Virus record (IMG/VR): IMGVR_UViG_2654588181_000008
Location: 1 to 18,728 of that record
Length of the DNA stretch: 18,728 nt
Direction: 5' to 3' (one strand)
Source: a virus
Lineage: Duplodnaviria; Heunggongvirae; Uroviricota; Caudoviricetes
Under the pieces are notes generated by a model. The model made no database searches and was not told the DNA's origin. It worked only from the letters and a program-made list of their open reading frames with translations. The translations under genes and the position numbers were made by a program. Shown here piece by piece: positions 16,109 to 18,728 of this stretch; positions within the stretch are counted from its first letter, which is position 1, and each line of letters opens with the position of its first letter.

Positions 16109-17794
16109 TTATCCTAATCCTGGCCATACCATGACGATGATTGTCCCTGCCAGCGTCAGCAGGACGTTGGCGATTGCATAGGTGCCCGCATAGCCCAGCG
16201 CCGGGATGTTACTGCGAGCTGTATCACTGATGATCTCCATTGCCGGCGCGCAGGTACGTGCGCCCATCATTGCGCCGAACAACAGTGCGCGGTTCATTCG
16301 CAATACATAAGCACCGAACAAGAAACAGATAACCACGGGCACCAGACTGACAATCAATCCGGCAATCAACATCTGACCGCCAATCGCGCCCAGGCCGTTA
16401 TTAATACCGCTACCGGCGCTCAGACCAACGCCTGCCATAAACACCATCAAGCCGAACTCTTTCACCATGCTTAATGCACCTTGCGGAATGTAACCGAAGG
16501 TCGGGTGGTTAGCACGCATAAAGCCCAGCATAATTCCGGCGAATAACAACCCGGCAGCGTTCCCCATGCCGAAACTGAATGTGCTGAACTGGAAGGTGAT
16601 CATCCCGATCATCAGCCCAATAACAAAGAAGGCGCAAAATGCCAGCAGGTCAGTGACCTGGCTGTGAATCGAGATAAAGCCGATGCGATCGGCGATGGTT
16701 TTTACGCGACGGGCATCACCGCTGACTTGTAAAACGTCACCTTTGTTAAGCACGACGTTGTCATCTATCGGCATCTCAATCTGGCTACGAATGACGCGGT
16801 TAAGGAAGCAACCGTGATCGGTCAACTTCAGTTGTGCGAGACGTTTACCTACAGCGTTATGGTTTTTAACGACCACTTCTTCAGTGACGATACGCATGTC
16901 GAGAAGGTCACGATCGAAAACTTCTTTACCGTTACGGAAGCTGGGATCGAGTCGGGCATGGGCGTCGGGATAGCCTACCAACGCTATTTCATCGCCCATT
17001 TGTAGCACGGCATCACCGTCTGGATTTGCCAGAATCCCGTTACGTCGAATACGTTCAATGTAGCAGCCGGTTTGTCGATAAATACCCAGTTCACGCAGAT
17101 TTTTGCCGTCGGTCCAGGCCACCAGCTCCGGGCCGACGCGATAGGCGCGGATCACCGGTAAATAAACCTTACGGTTGGCATCAGTGTCCAGGCCACGTTC
17201 GCGGGCGATTTGCTGGGCGCTGGTCTGTAAGTCCTGATGCTGCAATTTCGGCAAGTAACGCGCACCAACAATCAAACTCACCAGACCGATTAAATAGGTT
17301 AAGGCATACCCGAGGCTCAGATTATCCAGTGCCAGTGAGAGCTGCCTGCTTTCCATGCCGGAATGACGCAGTGTATCGCCAGCACCGACCAGAACCGGTG
17401 TCGACGTCATAGAGCCTGCTAACATACCGGCCGTCAGGCCAATATCCCAGCCAAACAGCTTACCTAACCCTAAGGCGATCACCAGCGCACTGCCAACCAT
17501 CACCAGTGCTAACATTAGGTAATTTTTCCCATCGCGAAAAAAAATGGAAAAAAAGTTCGGTCCGGCTTCGACCCCGACGCAGAAAATAAACAGCATAAAG
17601 CCAAGATTAAGCGCATCGGTGTTAATGCTGAAATGTTGTTGGCCTAATAACAGCGATACGACTAAAACGCCAATGGAATTACCCAGTTGGATCGAACCAA
17701 GTCGTAACTTTCCGAGACATAGCCCAAGCGCGAGGACCACAAATAATAACAGAATGTAATTCCCATTTAACAATTCGGCGACGTTTATATTCAC
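16109..17794 (-). CDS. ybjL: Putative transport protein YbjL (two-domain membrane transporter with central TrkA-C-like domains)
   Basis: 561-aa polytopic membrane protein beginning [29 protein letters not shown]..., recognised as E. coli YbjL; GTG start. Confidence 0.85.
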
Positions 17795-18063
17795 GGAGGC
17801 TAACTTCTTGTTTACTAGTAAGCTGTTGAAAGAAATGGTAATTTACGATAATGTTTTTTACCAGAATTCAGGGCGCAGATTCATTCAGCGCACCTAAACG
17901 ATAGTAAAGTAACAATATATTTTACTAGTGTAATCACATTAGGTATCAACGGCTATATGAATTGCGTTGGCCTATATTAGCATGGAATGCGAAGCGGCTT
18001 TATCTTACTGAACGCCACACTGGCGAAAAATGTGTTCGATAGACGCAGTGTCAGGAGGAACGA

Positions 18064-18441
18064 GTGAAACATAAACAACGTTGGGCGGGGGCAATCTGCT
18101 GTTTTGTCCTCTTCATTGTGGTGTGCCTTTTTCTGGCGACGCACATGAAAGGCGCTTTTCGGGCTGCCGGGCATCCTGAAATCGGCTTGCTATTTTTCAT
18201 TCTTCCTGGAGCAGTGGCCAGCTTCTTTTCACAGCGTAGAGAAGTCCTGAAACCTCTGTTTGGCGCAATGCTGGCGGCACCCTGTTCGATGCTCATTATG
18301 CGGCTGTTTTTTTCACCGACGCGCTCATTCTGGCAAGAGCTGGCATGGTTACTAAGCGCGGTGTTCTGGTGTGCGCTGGGGGCACTGTGTTTCTTATTTA
18401 TCAGTAGTTTGTTTAAACCACAGCACAGAAAAAATCAGTAA
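18064..18441 (+). CDS. ybjM: Inner membrane protein YbjM
   Basis: 125-aa hydrophobic protein MKHKQRWAGAICCFVLFIVVCLFLATH..., consistent with E. coli YbjM and the ybjL-ybjM-grxA gene order. Confidence 0.8.
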   Translation: MKHKQRWAGAICCFVLFIVVCLFLATHMKGAFRAAGHPEIGLLFFILPGAVASFFSQRREVLKPLFGAMLAAPCSMLIMRLFFSPTRSFWQELAWLLSAVFWCALGALCFLFISSLFKPQHRKNQ

Positions 18442-18460
18442 AGCCCTCAACGCGAGGGCT
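18442..18460. terminator. Hairpin between convergent ybjM and grxA, likely grxA terminator
   Basis: AGCCCTC (18442-18448) pairs with GAGGGCT (18454-18460) around a 5-nt loop; a T run follows on the minus strand (plus-strand A run 18430-18435). Confidence 0.5.
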
Positions 18461-18470
18461 TGTCAGACGA

Positions 18471-18728
18471 TCAGGCGTCCAGATTTTCTTTCACCCATGC
18501 AGCAAAATCGGTATAGCCGCCGATATGTTGCTGATCGACAAAAATCTGCGGCACGGTTTCTACGGGTTTACCTGCCTTTTGTTGTAGATCTTCTTTAGTG
18601 ATCCCTTCCGCACGAATATCTACATACTGATACTGAAAATCATCGCGTTCATTGCTCAATTTCTCAGCCAGATCTTTTGCACGCACACAGTAAGGGCAAC
18701 CCGAACGACCAAAAATAACGGTTTGCAT
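18471..18728 (-). CDS. grxA: Glutaredoxin 1
   Basis: 85-aa product MQTVIFGRSGCPYCVRAKDLAEKL... with the CPYC active site, recognised as E. coli GrxA; start codon is at the window edge (18726-18728). Confidence 0.9.
   Translation of the reverse strand: MQTVIFGRSGCPYCVRAKDLAEKLSNERDDFQYQYVDIRAEGITKEDLQQKAGKPVETVPQIFVDQQHIGGYTDFAAWVKENLDA

Noticed and set aside
16814-17759. Three plus-strand ORFs inside ybjL
   Set aside because: Antisense to a well-recognised chromosomal membrane-protein gene.
17977-18598. ORFs 17977-18174 (-), 18051-18296 (-) and 18371-18598 (+) around ybjM and grxA
   Set aside because: They overlap ybjM or grxA on the opposite strand or in another frame and have no support.
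1-18728. Search for CRISPR arrays, tRNA/rRNA genes and insertion-sequence terminal repeats
   Set aside because: No regularly spaced direct repeats, no tRNA-like T-arm consensus and no transposase-like ORF were found by eye; a tRNA integration target, if any, would lie outside the window.

Overview
This window is the right-hand part of a degraded 186/P2-family temperate prophage, followed by the chromosomal genes ybjL, ybjM and grxA of an E. coli-type genome. The prophage keeps its integrase, CI/Apl/CII switch, early genes, a Dam-type methyltransferase, replication gene A, an SOS-controlled Tum/DinI-like module, spanins LysB/LysC and ogr. It has lost essentially all head and tail genes: only a portal fragment, an R fragment and a D fragment remain. 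Between gene A and the portal remnant, the classical P2 cargo position, sits an AT-rich island with two modules. The first is a DarT/DarG toxin-antitoxin pair (ADP-ribosyltransferase plus macrodomain). The second is a tightly coupled three-gene operon (10778-13618) whose products match no family I can recognise; this is my best candidate for an undescribed defence system. All calls come from reading the sequence and the supplied ORF translations; no database search was run, so every homology statement is recollection of protein families and needs confirmation.
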